Positions 8,289 to 17,176 of a stretch of 64,000 nt of DNA are shown here, piece after piece. Within the stretch, counting starts at the first letter, position 1; each line of letters opens with the position of its first letter. Origin of the DNA: a virus. Its lineage: Duplodnaviria > Caudoviricetes. The stretch spans positions 4,173 through 68,172 of the IMG/VR virus record IMGVR_UViG_3300033076_001578; one strand, written 5' to 3'. The translations under genes and the position numbers were made by a program. The notes under the pieces are model-generated. The model searched no databases, was not told the origin of the DNA, and saw only the letters and a list, made by a program, of their open reading frames with translations.

Positions 8289-8685
8289 GCCTGACCGACG
8301 TCCAGAAGGCCTACGTCGACGCAGTGGTCGCCCACGTCAAGGACGAGTGCTACGACGGCCGCTACAACGGCACGTCTTGGTGGGAGCTCCAGGACCGCGA
8401 GGATAGCGCGAGTTCGCCGTCCACGGCGGCTTCCGCGGCGTGCAGGCCCGGGCGGAGTCGCTCCGCGCGATCGCGGTCGTGCTGATCGAAACGGTGTCGC
8501 AGAACATGCCGAGGTTCAGGCGGAACGGGAGTCCATACACGCGGATCTGCGGCTTCTTCGTCGGCAACATTCACCCCGCGGACCGCGAAGCCGCGCTCAA
8601 GTCCATATTCGAGGAATTCGACTACACGCCCGTGACGACGCGCCGTTTCATGTTCCAGGCTCCGTTGACGGAGTCCGTGACATGA
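8285..8685 (+). pseudogene. Hypothetical gene apparently split by a frameshift near 8404-8410
   Basis: GC3-rich codons run in the 8285 frame to about 8406, then continue in the -1 frame (EFAVHGGFRGVQARAES...) to the stop at 8685. Confidence 0.6.
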
Positions 8686-10499
8686 CCAAGGCCCCGATCC
8701 CGTCCCTCCTCGAGCTCCTGCACTGGCCCGAAGGCCAGGCGCCCTACGCCAAGCAGGAGGAGGCCCACCAGGTCAGCGCGGCCGAGCGCATATACGCGCT
8801 GTTCGCCGAGCAGCGGGTCGGCAAGACCATCATCGTCCTGGGCACTTCGATGTTCCAGTACGGCAGGTTCCTCGAAGCCGGTGGCTTCGGGAAGAGAGCG
8901 GCGCCATCGGGAAACAAGCCCCCCAGCCCCAAGCCCGAGGGCGTCCGCGATCTCCTTCCGTCCCGCTTCACCAAGGGCCAGTCCGGCAAGCGCCCGGGCA
9001 CGTTCAAGGATCCGCGCATCGACGACCTGCCGAAGAAGCCGTCGCAGCCCGGGTTCATATACAGGCCCGCGCACTGGGCCACCAAGGGCCTTGACGCATT
9101 GGTCGTCGTAGCATTGCCGTCCGGCGTGCCCGCCAACTGGTCCGACGAGATCGACGTGCGGGTCCCCAAGGATGCGAACGCGCGCGTGATGGTTTGGAAT
9201 GCACGTAAAGCTGACGGCGCCGAGTACGCCGAGCGCTTCAAGGAGCTGCTCGAGCACGAGGGCCTCGCCTGCTTCCTCATCAACGGCGAGGCAATCAACA
9301 CGGACACGGCCAAGAAGGCGATGGGTACGTTCCTGCGCTGCCGACGCGCACTAGTGGTAGGTGATGAGACCTCGCTGATCTGCTCGCAGCCCGGCAACGT
9401 CCGGTCCAAAGTCATGGAAGCCATCAAGGGACTGCCGGGATCGGTCGCGCGCCGGATCCTCGACGGCACCCCGGGCGACGAAAGCCCGCTGGACCTCTAC
9501 AGCCAGGTCGGCTTCCTCGACTACAAGATCCTCGGCTTCGACAGCTGGATCGCTTTCAAGAAGTACTACGCCGAGTGGGAGGAGAAGAAAATCTACGTCG
9601 CGGGCGAGGAGCGCAAGTTCCAGGGGCTCGTCGTCGACGAGCAGGGCCGCAAGAAGTACCGCAACCTTGACGAAATGGGCCGCCGTCTGGCGCCGGTGTC
9701 GTTCCGCGTGCGCCGCGCCGACGTCTTCGAGATCCCTGACAAGGTGCGCGTCCCGTACCACTTCGACCTGTCGGCCGCCCAGCGCGCCGTCTACGATCCA
9801 CTGCGCGAGGAGTTCGAGGCCTGGCTGGCGGACGGAGAAAAAGTCACCGCGAAGCATGCCCTCGCGCGCATGACGCGACTGGACCAGGTCCGCGGCAACT
9901 GGTGGCCGCCGCAGGTGATTCCGGCGATCTGCATGGAATGCGAGGGGGAAGGATGCCCCGTCTGCAACGACGTCGGCGCAATACTGTCCAAGACCGCCAA
10001 GAAGATCATCGACGCGAAACGAAACCCCCTGCTCGACGCGGCCGCGGACGTCCTCAGCATCAACGCCCGCGACCCCGGCATCGCCTGGGCCGTGTTCGAT
10101 GAGACCATTGACGGAATTATGGCGCTTGCATCCGCGCGCGGCCTGAACCCACTGCGGTACGACGGGCGCGTCGACGACGAGCAAAAGGCCGTCAACAAGC
10201 GCGAGTTCCAGGCCGGTCACTCCGGCCTGCTGGTGGGCAAGGAAGCGTCGGCGGGCAGGGGGCTCAACCTGTCCAAGGCGAAGTGGATGATGTATTGCGA
10301 GAATGGGTATTCGAAGCGGAAGCGGTCGCAGTCCGAGGACCGTGCCGAGGTTGCTGGTCGGACGTTTGGCACCGGCATCTACGACCTAATCGCCGCCGAC
10401 ACCTACGACCAGAAGAAGCTCGACGCGCACTTCGCCAAGGGCGAGGTGTCCGACACCCTTTGGGCCGCCATCGCGGCCGCGCGCCAGGAGGCGGCATGA
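8682..10499 (+). CDS. SNF2-family (SF2) helicase
   Basis: FAEQRVGKT (motif I), VVGDETS (II), LDGTP (III), SPLDLYSQ, AGRGLNLS (V), QSEDRA (VI). Confidence 0.9.
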   Translation: MTKAPIPSLLELLHWPEGQAPYAKQEEAHQVSAAERIYALFAEQRVGKTIIVLGTSMFQYGRFLEAGGFGKRAAPSGNKPPSPKPEGVRDLLPSRFTKGQSGKRPGTFKDPRIDDLPKKPSQPGFIYRPAHWATKGLDALVVVALPSGVPANWSDEIDVRVPKDANARVMVWNARKADGAEYAERFKELLEHEGLACFLINGEAINTDTAKKAMGTFLRCRRALVVGDETSLICSQPGNVRSKVMEAIKGLPGSVARRILDGTPGDESPLDLYSQVGFLDYKILGFDSWIAFKKYYAEWEEKKIYVAGEERKFQGLVVDEQGRKKYRNLDEMGRRLAPVSFRVRRADVFEIPDKVRVPYHFDLSAAQRAVYDPLREEFEAWLADGEKVTAKHALARMTRLDQVRGNWWPPQVIPAICMECEGEGCPVCNDVGAILSKTAKKIIDAKRNPLLDAAADVLSINARDPGIAWAVFDETIDGIMALASARGLNPLRYDGRVDDEQKAVNKREFQAGHSGLLVGKEASAGRGLNLSKAKWMMYCENGYSKRKRSQSEDRAEVAGRTFGTGIYDLIAADTYDQKKLDAHFAKGEVSDTLWAAIAAARQEAA

Positions 10500-10732
10500 C
10501 CTTCAAGAACCTGCGCCCGGACCTGTCGACCTCGGAGAAGGCCGCGCGGACGCTCGAACGCCTCGCGAAGCTTGTCCGGGAGAAGGAGGTCTTCGCGGCG
10601 TCGTTCACGTTCGACGGCGGCCGCGCGAACTTGAACGACTCGATGTTCGGATTCTCGAATGCGCAGCCGCCGTCTATGAAGATCGAACTATACGGCCGCG
10701 TCGACGCGCCGAAGAAGCGGAGGAAGTCGTGA
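10496..10732 (+). CDS. Hypothetical protein
   Basis: 78 aa from ATG 10496 with ATGA coupling. Confidence 0.65.
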   Translation: MTFKNLRPDLSTSEKAARTLERLAKLVREKEVFAASFTFDGGRANLNDSMFGFSNAQPPSMKIELYGRVDAPKKRRKS

Positions 10733-10845
10733 CCGCTCGCCTCGCGATTGCCCTTTCGTTGTTGATCTTGGTTCTTGCCGGAACCGGCATCGCCGCGCTC
10801 GATCAGCTTTCGTACGCCAACGCTCCGAAGGAGTGCTCGAAATGA
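10729..10845 (+). CDS. Small hydrophobic peptide (38 aa)
   Basis: GTGA and ATGA overlaps on both sides; TM-like LAIALSLLILVLAGTGIAAL. Confidence 0.55.
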   Translation: MTARLAIALSLLILVLAGTGIAALDQLSYANAPKECSK

Positions 10846-11081
10846 CCGACTGCCTCAGCTGCCGCCACGCCAAGCCCGCGCAAGCGCCCGACGGCCGCAT
10901 CGACTTCAACGTCAAGATCTGCGTGCGAATGCCGCCGACCCCGATCCTGCTACCGGCGGCGCCGGGCCAGGTCCAGCTCTCGGCGATGTTCCCGACCGTC
11001 GGAAAGGGCGTCGTCTGCGGCGAGCACGATCCGCGCCTGATTGGCGAAGAGACTCCTGCGGAAGGGCAGAAGACGCAATGA
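10842..11081 (+). CDS. Small Cys-rich protein
   Basis: CLSCRH...C.RMPP...FP.V....CGEH pattern. Confidence 0.7.
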   Translation: MTDCLSCRHAKPAQAPDGRIDFNVKICVRMPPTPILLPAAPGQVQLSAMFPTVGKGVVCGEHDPRLIGEETPAEGQKTQ

Positions 11082-11317
11082 GCGACAAATACGTCATCCT
11101 TAAAGGGACCATGTTTTTCAAGGACGCGGAGCTCAAGACGAAGACCAAGAGGCTGTCGGAAGCTGCACTGTTTTCAAAACTGGAGGCCGAGGCAGCCGTC
11201 GAAGGTAAGAAGGGTGATGCCGTAACGTTCCAGCCGCTCTCCTTTTACAAGGATTTTCTCATCGGCGAGCGTGTACTTATCGACGAGAAACTTTCAGTGT
11301 TAGGGATCGGGTCATGA
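11078..11317 (+). CDS. Hypothetical protein
   Basis: 79 aa with ATGA coupling on both ends. Confidence 0.65.
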   Translation: MSDKYVILKGTMFFKDAELKTKTKRLSEAALFSKLEAEAAVEGKKGDAVTFQPLSFYKDFLIGERVLIDEKLSVLGIGS

Positions 11318-11772
11318 AGCGCATCATCGTCTGCGGCGGCCGCGACTACGGGCGCGTGATCCCGGGCAGGTCCTTCGAATACCCGCGCCGGATCGTCGAG
11401 AAGAAAAAGCTGTGCGAGGCCCTCGGCAAGCTGCTGGTCGAGCATGGATCCTTCCAGCTGATCCACGGCGGAGCTAAAGGTGCCGACGCGGCCGCCGACG
11501 CCTGGGCGCGCGAGCAGCGCGGCCTTCCCAAGCCGATCGTCTTCGAGGCCCTTTGGGACGACTTCACGAGCCCGTGGTCGGTCCGCAAGGTCCGCAAGTC
11601 CGGGCCGCGCAAGGGCACCGAGTACAACGCCGCCGCGGGACCGATCCGCAACGCCAAGATGCTCGAGGAGGGCAAGCCCGACCTCGTCGTCGCGTTCCCA
11701 GGCGGCGACGGCACCAAGGACATGACCGACCGCGCCCGCGCGGCCGGAGTTGCAGTGATGGAGATCAAGTAG
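11314..11772 (+). CDS. SLOG-superfamily protein (DUF2493/YspA-related)
   Basis: IIVCGGRDY, IHGGAKGAD, AAGPIRN, VVAFPGGDGT.DM motifs. Confidence 0.88.
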   Translation: MKRIIVCGGRDYGRVIPGRSFEYPRRIVEKKKLCEALGKLLVEHGSFQLIHGGAKGADAAADAWAREQRGLPKPIVFEALWDDFTSPWSVRKVRKSGPRKGTEYNAAAGPIRNAKMLEEGKPDLVVAFPGGDGTKDMTDRARAAGVAVMEIK

Positions 11773-11774
11773 AC

Positions 11775-12146
11775 ATGCCCCGCGTTTTTGTAGTCAACGA
11801 GCCCCTCAAGAAGAATGACTCCACGGGGGAGTACGAGCGCTTCCTTCCGATGGACTCTGCCGCGAACTACGGCGAGGTCATCGAGCTGACGCCCAAGGGC
11901 AACCCGGGCGCGAACCCGGCCGTGTGGATGGGCGCCATCCGCGAGGGCCTGCAATCCTGGGAGGACGGCGACTTCATCGTGCTGGTCGGCGACCAGGCGC
12001 TGCTCGCATACGCCGCCAGCGTCGTCGGCGAATACATCGGCGAGGAGGACGTGCGGACGGACGGCCGGTCCGTGCCCACCTTACGCTTCCTCAAGTGGGA
12101 GCGGCGCCAGGGCGGCTACGTCCCCCTGACCCTTCGCGAGCCGTAG
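11775..12146 (+). CDS. Hypothetical protein
   Basis: 123 aa from ATG 11775 with GC3-rich codons. Confidence 0.75.
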   Translation: MPRVFVVNEPLKKNDSTGEYERFLPMDSAANYGEVIELTPKGNPGANPAVWMGAIREGLQSWEDGDFIVLVGDQALLAYAASVVGEYIGEEDVRTDGRSVPTLRFLKWERRQGGYVPLTLREP

Positions 12147-12184
12147 AGAATCAGTTTAACCTAGCAGACAGAACCGGAGACGAA

Positions 12185-12865
12185 ATGACAGACCAACCAG
12201 CAGTGATCAGCGCCGACGATGTCGAAGAGCGCAAGCCGCCGACCGACGCCGAGCTCAAGAACGTCCGCGACTACGCCGCGACCCTTTGGAAGAAGCGCAA
12301 GGAACTGGCTCGGCTGCTTGAGGACGCGCAGCTGCTATCGACGGAGATCGAGGTCCTCGAGATGAAGACCATTCCCGACGCCATGCGCGCGATCGGGATG
12401 GACAGCTTCAGCCTCACCGGCGGCTTCCGCATCGACCTGGAGAAGTTCGCGCACGGGTCGGTCAAGAAGGAGGACGAGCCCAAGCTGCATGCCTGGCTCG
12501 AGAAGGTCGGCTGGGAGTCGATCATCAAGCACACGATCACGATCGCCTTCGGCAAGGGCGAGGACAAGTGGGCGAAGAAGTTCCTCGCCGACCTGGCGAA
12601 GCGCAAGAAGCCGATCCAGTTCGAGCGCAAGGACGCGATCCACGCTAGCACGTGGAAGTCCTTCTTCAAGGAGCGCTTCGCCGAGGACGCCGCGGGCAAG
12701 ACGCCGCCCGAGAAGCGCCTGCCGCGCGAGATCATCAACGTCCACGAAGGCGAGCGGGCCGTGCTCGTCGACCCTGCCGAGGACGCCGCCAAGGCCGAGA
12801 AGAAGGCCGCGTCCAAGAAGCCCAAGGGCGCCAAGGTCGAGTCCTCCGGTGAGGTGGAATTGTGA
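12185..12865 (+). CDS. Conserved phage replication-cluster protein
   Basis: TIPDAM..IG...F.L..G...WL...G...IIK..I...FGKGED pattern, typical of proteins next to phage SSB genes; AACCGGAGACG leader. Confidence 0.75.
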   Translation: MTDQPAVISADDVEERKPPTDAELKNVRDYAATLWKKRKELARLLEDAQLLSTEIEVLEMKTIPDAMRAIGMDSFSLTGGFRIDLEKFAHGSVKKEDEPKLHAWLEKVGWESIIKHTITIAFGKGEDKWAKKFLADLAKRKKPIQFERKDAIHASTWKSFFKERFAEDAAGKTPPEKRLPREIINVHEGERAVLVDPAEDAAKAEKKAASKKPKGAKVESSGEVEL

Positions 12866-13188
12866 AACCGCGAATTGACGCGGCGAAGCCGATCTCCGTC
12901 AGACTTGGCATGCTTGCAAGTGGTGCGAAAGATCTGATGGAGCAGGCGGAAAAGCTTCTTCCGAAGGAGGCAGTCGTCATCGGCGGCAAATACGCCGGGC
13001 GACTTGGTAAAGTGACCGGCGCCATACTCTGGAGCAACGACGGTCTCTTGATCGGCTTCTACGTCTACAAGAAGACGCGTCCAGGCGGACCCGTCAATCG
13101 GGAAGTCCTGAACAGTGACAATGAGAGCCGCCGTTACCGGCGGATCAATGAATTAGATTTTCTTGATCAAGGAGAACTGAAGGTATGA
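12862..13188 (+). CDS. Hypothetical protein (lower GC)
   Basis: 108 aa with GTGA/ATGA coupling. Confidence 0.6.
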   Translation: MKPRIDAAKPISVRLGMLASGAKDLMEQAEKLLPKEAVVIGGKYAGRLGKVTGAILWSNDGLLIGFYVYKKTRPGGPVNREVLNSDNESRRYRRINELDFLDQGELKV

Positions 13189-13349
13189 AGGCTGGGAACG
13201 AATACCGCGGCAGCCGCCGCAACGAGGCGCGGGAGCGCGGACTGATCTGGCGCGAGCTCGACAACGTCGTCGACGGCAACGGCACGCGCGTCGTCAAGTA
13301 CCCGTTCGAGAAGAACGGGAAGGTCATCAAGGAGGTCGCCCGTGGCTAA
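13185..13349 (+). CDS. Small hypothetical protein
   Basis: 54 aa (MKAGNEYRGSRRNE...), coupled to both neighbours. Confidence 0.55.
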   Translation: MKAGNEYRGSRRNEARERGLIWRELDNVVDGNGTRVVKYPFEKNGKVIKEVARG

Positions 13350-13803
13350 CATGACCATCACCGCCGCGCTGCGGCACTTCGACGCCAACAAGCGCATCGT
13401 CGACATCGACATGTTCTGGGCCTCGTATGGCCGACCGGACCTGATGGGCGGCGTGCCGCTGACGATGGCGCCGGTCCTGTCCTCGATCGCCTACGAGGTG
13501 CGGCGCCGCCTCGTCAAGCGTCTGGACGCCGCAAAGCCCGCCGAGACGATCGAGCTCGCTGGCGGCGCGACGGCCACCGTGATCCGCAAGGACCGAACCC
13601 GACCGGACCCCCTGACCCAATTCCTCCACGCCGGTAGCAACTACGGCGACGGCCGGGCGCGCTACTACATGCGTCGCCCGACGAAGGGCTGGCGGTGGAT
13701 GATCACCGACGACGCCGAGGAGCGCGCCTGGCGCAAGCAGGGGGTGCCCGAGCTGGTCGACCTGCCGGGCCGGGGCGAGATCCGCAAGCGCCGGGTTGCC
13801 TGA
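13342..13803 (+). CDS. Hypothetical protein
   Basis: 153 aa with a GGAGG RBS upstream. Confidence 0.7.
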   Translation: MANMTITAALRHFDANKRIVDIDMFWASYGRPDLMGGVPLTMAPVLSSIAYEVRRRLVKRLDAAKPAETIELAGGATATVIRKDRTRPDPLTQFLHAGSNYGDGRARYYMRRPTKGWRWMITDDAEERAWRKQGVPELVDLPGRGEIRKRRVA

Positions 13804-14132
13804 TGGACGGGCAGCGGATCGAGAGCATCTGCGGCGTCCCCATCGCCGAGAACGAGCCGCCGTCTTGGTTCAAGGTCGGGACCGCCTGGAACCAGGCGGT
13901 CGCGGTCGCCGACGACAATGGCGTCGAGCATCCGCTGGACTCTGGCCGTACGGGGCGGATCGTTTACCGCAAGCACGTCGTGACGGCCATCGAGCTGCGG
14001 GTTGAGAACCGCGGCGACCACGGCGTCGGCTGGTACGACGTCAGGGCCGGGGATGTCCTCATCGCCTCCCTCAACGAAAGAAACGTCCACGAACTCTATT
14101 ATGAGATTCCCACCGGCCGCGCGGCCGGGTAG
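13803..14132 (+). CDS. Hypothetical protein
   Basis: 109 aa from ATG 13803 with TGATG coupling. Confidence 0.7.
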   Translation: MDGQRIESICGVPIAENEPPSWFKVGTAWNQAVAVADDNGVEHPLDSGRTGRIVYRKHVVTAIELRVENRGDHGVGWYDVRAGDVLIASLNERNVHELYYEIPTGRAAG

Positions 14133-14203
14133 GGTCCCAGCGCCCCGCCGCCGGTCGAGGCTGCAAACCACCGGCTTATCATGAAAGCAGAAAGAAACAC
14201 GCA

Positions 14204-15115
14204 ATGAGCAAGACTGACACCAAAGACAAGGACAAGGGCACGGCCGACGAAGCGGAGAAGAAGCTCCCCGCCCAGCAGGCCACCGGCACCGCGCTCGCCG
14301 TCGTCGAGATCGACGAAGAAGACGTCGGCAAGGGCATGCAGAACATCTCCAACGACGAGCGCAAGGTACCGTTTATCCGGATCCTGCAATCCAACTCCCC
14401 GGAGCTGGAAGAAGGCGGCACCCGGTACCTCCCGAACGCCAAGGCGGGCATGTTCTTCAACACCTCCACGAAGCAGCTCTACAACGAACTGATCGTGATC
14501 CCGGCCGCCCGCGACCACAAGTTCATCGAGTACACGCCCCGCGCCATCGGCGGCGGATTCGTTGCCGTCCACAAGCCGGACGACCAGCTGATCCTCATGC
14601 TGCGCGCCAAGCACGGCAAGTTCGGCAAGCTGCCGCGCGACGTGACGAAGCGCGACAAGGACGGCCAGGCCCTTGATGGCACCGAGATCGTGGAGAGCTT
14701 CGAGCTCTACTCGATCTGCATCGACCCGGCGACGGGCGCGATGTTCCGGGCGATCATCAGCTTCCAGAGCACGCAGATCGGCAAGTACCAGGGCTTCATC
14801 GATCGGTACGACTCGATCCAGTACCAGACCCCGGACGGCAAGACGATCAAGCCGCCGCTCTGGGCGCACAAGTGGCTGTTCAAGACCGGCAATGAGAAGA
14901 ACAAGAAGGGCTCCTTCAAGGGCTTCGTCATCGGCCTGGCGGCGAAGAAGGATGACGGCTCCGACGCGGCGCCGATCGAATCCTTCATCAAGAAGTCCGA
15001 CCCCCTCTACATCATGGGTAAGGAGTTCAACGCCTTCGTCGAAGCTGGCAAGGCCGAGGTCGATTACTCGACCGCGGGCGTCGACGAGGCGCCGAAGGAA
15101 GAAGTCGAAATGTAG
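14204..15115 (+). CDS. Putative single-stranded DNA-binding protein
   Basis: PFIRILQSNSPE...AKAGMFFNT...FIEYTPR..GGG family pattern, acidic C-terminal tail, directly upstream of the primase. Confidence 0.65.
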   Translation: MSKTDTKDKDKGTADEAEKKLPAQQATGTALAVVEIDEEDVGKGMQNISNDERKVPFIRILQSNSPELEEGGTRYLPNAKAGMFFNTSTKQLYNELIVIPAARDHKFIEYTPRAIGGGFVAVHKPDDQLILMLRAKHGKFGKLPRDVTKRDKDGQALDGTEIVESFELYSICIDPATGAMFRAIISFQSTQIGKYQGFIDRYDSIQYQTPDGKTIKPPLWAHKWLFKTGNEKNKKGSFKGFVIGLAAKKDDGSDAAPIESFIKKSDPLYIMGKEFNAFVEAGKAEVDYSTAGVDEAPKEEVEM

Positions 15116-15121
15116 CATGCG

Positions 15122-15164
15122 GTCCGGGAGCGGGGAGTAGGGCCTCCGCTCCCGGACTTTTTTC
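15122..15164 (+). terminator. Intrinsic terminator
   Basis: GTCCGGGAGCGG...CCGCTCCCGGAC 12-bp stem followed by TTTTTT. Confidence 0.85.
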
Positions 15165-15191
15165 ACAATAAGATCATGACAGGTCCGGGGC

Positions 15192-16769
15192 GTGGCATCT
15201 AAACTAGCGGAAGCATTCAGCAGGATTTTCTCCGGGCTACAGCGCTCGGGCGGCCGCTACGTCGTGCCCGACGACGCCAAGGCCGACGAGCACGGCAAGA
15301 TCCTCGGCCGCGCCTGGACGGCGCATGCGCCGATCACCCTGGATCTCTGGGAAGCCCACCTGTCGGGCAAGAAGACGACCGTCACCGACGAGGAAAAGGG
15401 TACGCCGATCACGGGCGCCTTGGGGCTGGGCGTCGTGCCGATCCGCGAGGACGCGACGTGCGTGTTCGGCGCGATCGACGTCGACGTCTATCCGCTCGAT
15501 CTGAACATCCTGCTGGCCCGCGCGAAGCAACTCCACCTTCCGGTGATCATCTGCCGGACCAAGTCCGGCGGCGCACACGTCTACCTGTTCATGAAGGAGC
15601 CCGCGCCCGCGGAACTGGTCCGCGAGCGCCTCCAGGAATGGTCGGTCGCGCTGAACCATCCCGGCGTCGAAATTTTCCCCAAGCAAGCGCTCCTCTCGGC
15701 GAAGTCCGACGGCAGCTGGATCAACGTTCCGTACTCCGGCGGCGCCAGGAGCGTGCGGTACGCGCTGAAGGACGACGGCAGCTCCATGACGCCCGACGAG
15801 TTCGTCGAAGCGGTGGGCAAGGCCGCAGTGACCGTCGACGAGCTGAAGTCTTTCCAGCTACCGACCGAAGGCGTCGTGGACGAATGGTTCAAAGGCGGAC
15901 CCCCCTGCCTCCAGACGCTCGCGCGCGTGGGCTTCGGCGACTGGCAGAACAACGGCCTCTTCAACGTCGCCATCTACCTGCGCATGAGCGTCGGCGACGG
16001 CTGGGAAGACAAGCTGGACGCCTACAACCAAAAATACATGTCGCCGCCGCTGGGCCACTCCGGCGTCACCGCGATCGTCAAGAGCGTGAAGAAGAAGAAG
16101 TACTTCTACAAGTGCAAGGACCAGCCGATCTCGGCCGTCTGCAATCGATCCGTCTGCCTCAAGTGCGAGTTCGGGGTAGGGGGCGAGGCGAACGACCCGG
16201 GCGTCGTCCTGGGCGAGCTCGTCAAGGTGGAGACCGACCCGGTGCTCTGGATCCTGCCCGTCAACGGCAAGGAGATGGAGCTCACCACCGGCGACCTGAC
16301 GGACCAGCGCAAGTTCAGGATGATATCGATCGAGAAGCTCTCGATCTGGCCCAACGCCATCAAGCCCGAGGACTGGATGAAGATGATCCGCGAGCGGCTG
16401 GCGCGGTCCACGACCATCAAGGTGCCCGAGGACGGCACGCGCGAGGGCCAGTTCTGGACGCACCTGGCGAACTTCTGCACCGGCCGGGCCAGGGCGCGCA
16501 GCCTCGACGAGATCCTGATGGGCAAGGCGTTCACGGACGTCAAGGCCGGTCGGGTCTACTTCCGCAGCACCGACTTCTTCGAATACCTGACCAAGCACCG
16601 CTTCCTCGGAATAACCGAGCGCGAGGGCTGGCGCTTCCTGCGCCACCGCGGCGCCGAGCACCACGGCAAGAACATCAAGGGCAAGTTCGTCAACGTATGG
16701 AGCGTGCCAGCCTTCCCCGAACAGACCGAGCCGCACGACGTGCCGCGCGGCGAGCGCGTGGAGATGTAG
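15192..16769 (+). CDS. Archaeo-eukaryotic primase (AEP) with Cys-rich PriCT/PriL-like domain
   Basis: GAIDVD (DxD), RTKSGGAHVY, PPCL and YKCK..PI...CNRSVC motifs; no P-loop helicase domain. Confidence 0.88.
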   Translation: MASKLAEAFSRIFSGLQRSGGRYVVPDDAKADEHGKILGRAWTAHAPITLDLWEAHLSGKKTTVTDEEKGTPITGALGLGVVPIREDATCVFGAIDVDVYPLDLNILLARAKQLHLPVIICRTKSGGAHVYLFMKEPAPAELVRERLQEWSVALNHPGVEIFPKQALLSAKSDGSWINVPYSGGARSVRYALKDDGSSMTPDEFVEAVGKAAVTVDELKSFQLPTEGVVDEWFKGGPPCLQTLARVGFGDWQNNGLFNVAIYLRMSVGDGWEDKLDAYNQKYMSPPLGHSGVTAIVKSVKKKKYFYKCKDQPISAVCNRSVCLKCEFGVGGEANDPGVVLGELVKVETDPVLWILPVNGKEMELTTGDLTDQRKFRMISIEKLSIWPNAIKPEDWMKMIRERLARSTTIKVPEDGTREGQFWTHLANFCTGRARARSLDEILMGKAFTDVKAGRVYFRSTDFFEYLTKHRFLGITEREGWRFLRHRGAEHHGKNIKGKFVNVWSVPAFPEQTEPHDVPRGERVEM

Positions 16770-16770
16770 G

Positions 16771-17175
16771 ATGATCGAGTGGGGCGGGTGGGCATTCGAC
16801 GAGCTGCGGGACGAAGTGGTCGTTCCCACGCGCGTCAAGTTCACGCGCTCCGAGGCCAAGGCCTTCGCGTTCCTGCTTAGGAACGAAGGCAACTTCGTCA
16901 CCAAGGAAGATGTGATGGAGGTGTCCGGCTCCAAGAACGTCACCACCACCTACGCCCTGATGGGCTGCATCGTCCGCAAGCTGCGCGACGCGTGCCTGCC
17001 GATCCCCGAGACCAAGTTCAACGTCGGATACGCCCTGCGGCACGCCTTGGGCTTCGATCCCCACGAGCGCGAGGTTGCCGACCTGCTGGCGCGCGAGCTG
17101 GAGGCGACGGCGCCCCATGCCGCTGCCGTTGCTGCCAAGATCAGCAAGATTTACCGTCCACAAAAGAGGAACTGA
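16771..17175 (+). CDS. Stand-alone OmpR/PhoB-type winged-helix DNA-binding protein (no receiver domain)
   Basis: FTRSEAKAFAFLLRNEGNFVTKE...IVRKLR...ETKFNVGYAL matches the Trans_reg_C pattern (LT..E..L..L...G..V.++...LR.KL...T..G.GY.L). Confidence 0.75.
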   Translation: MIEWGGWAFDELRDEVVVPTRVKFTRSEAKAFAFLLRNEGNFVTKEDVMEVSGSKNVTTTYALMGCIVRKLRDACLPIPETKFNVGYALRHALGFDPHEREVADLLARELEATAPHAAAVAAKISKIYRPQKRN

Positions 17176-17176
17176 G

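Noticed and set aside
15192-16769. TOTE conflict-system primase
   Set aside because: The context is a normal phage replication cluster, with no TOTE partner genes.
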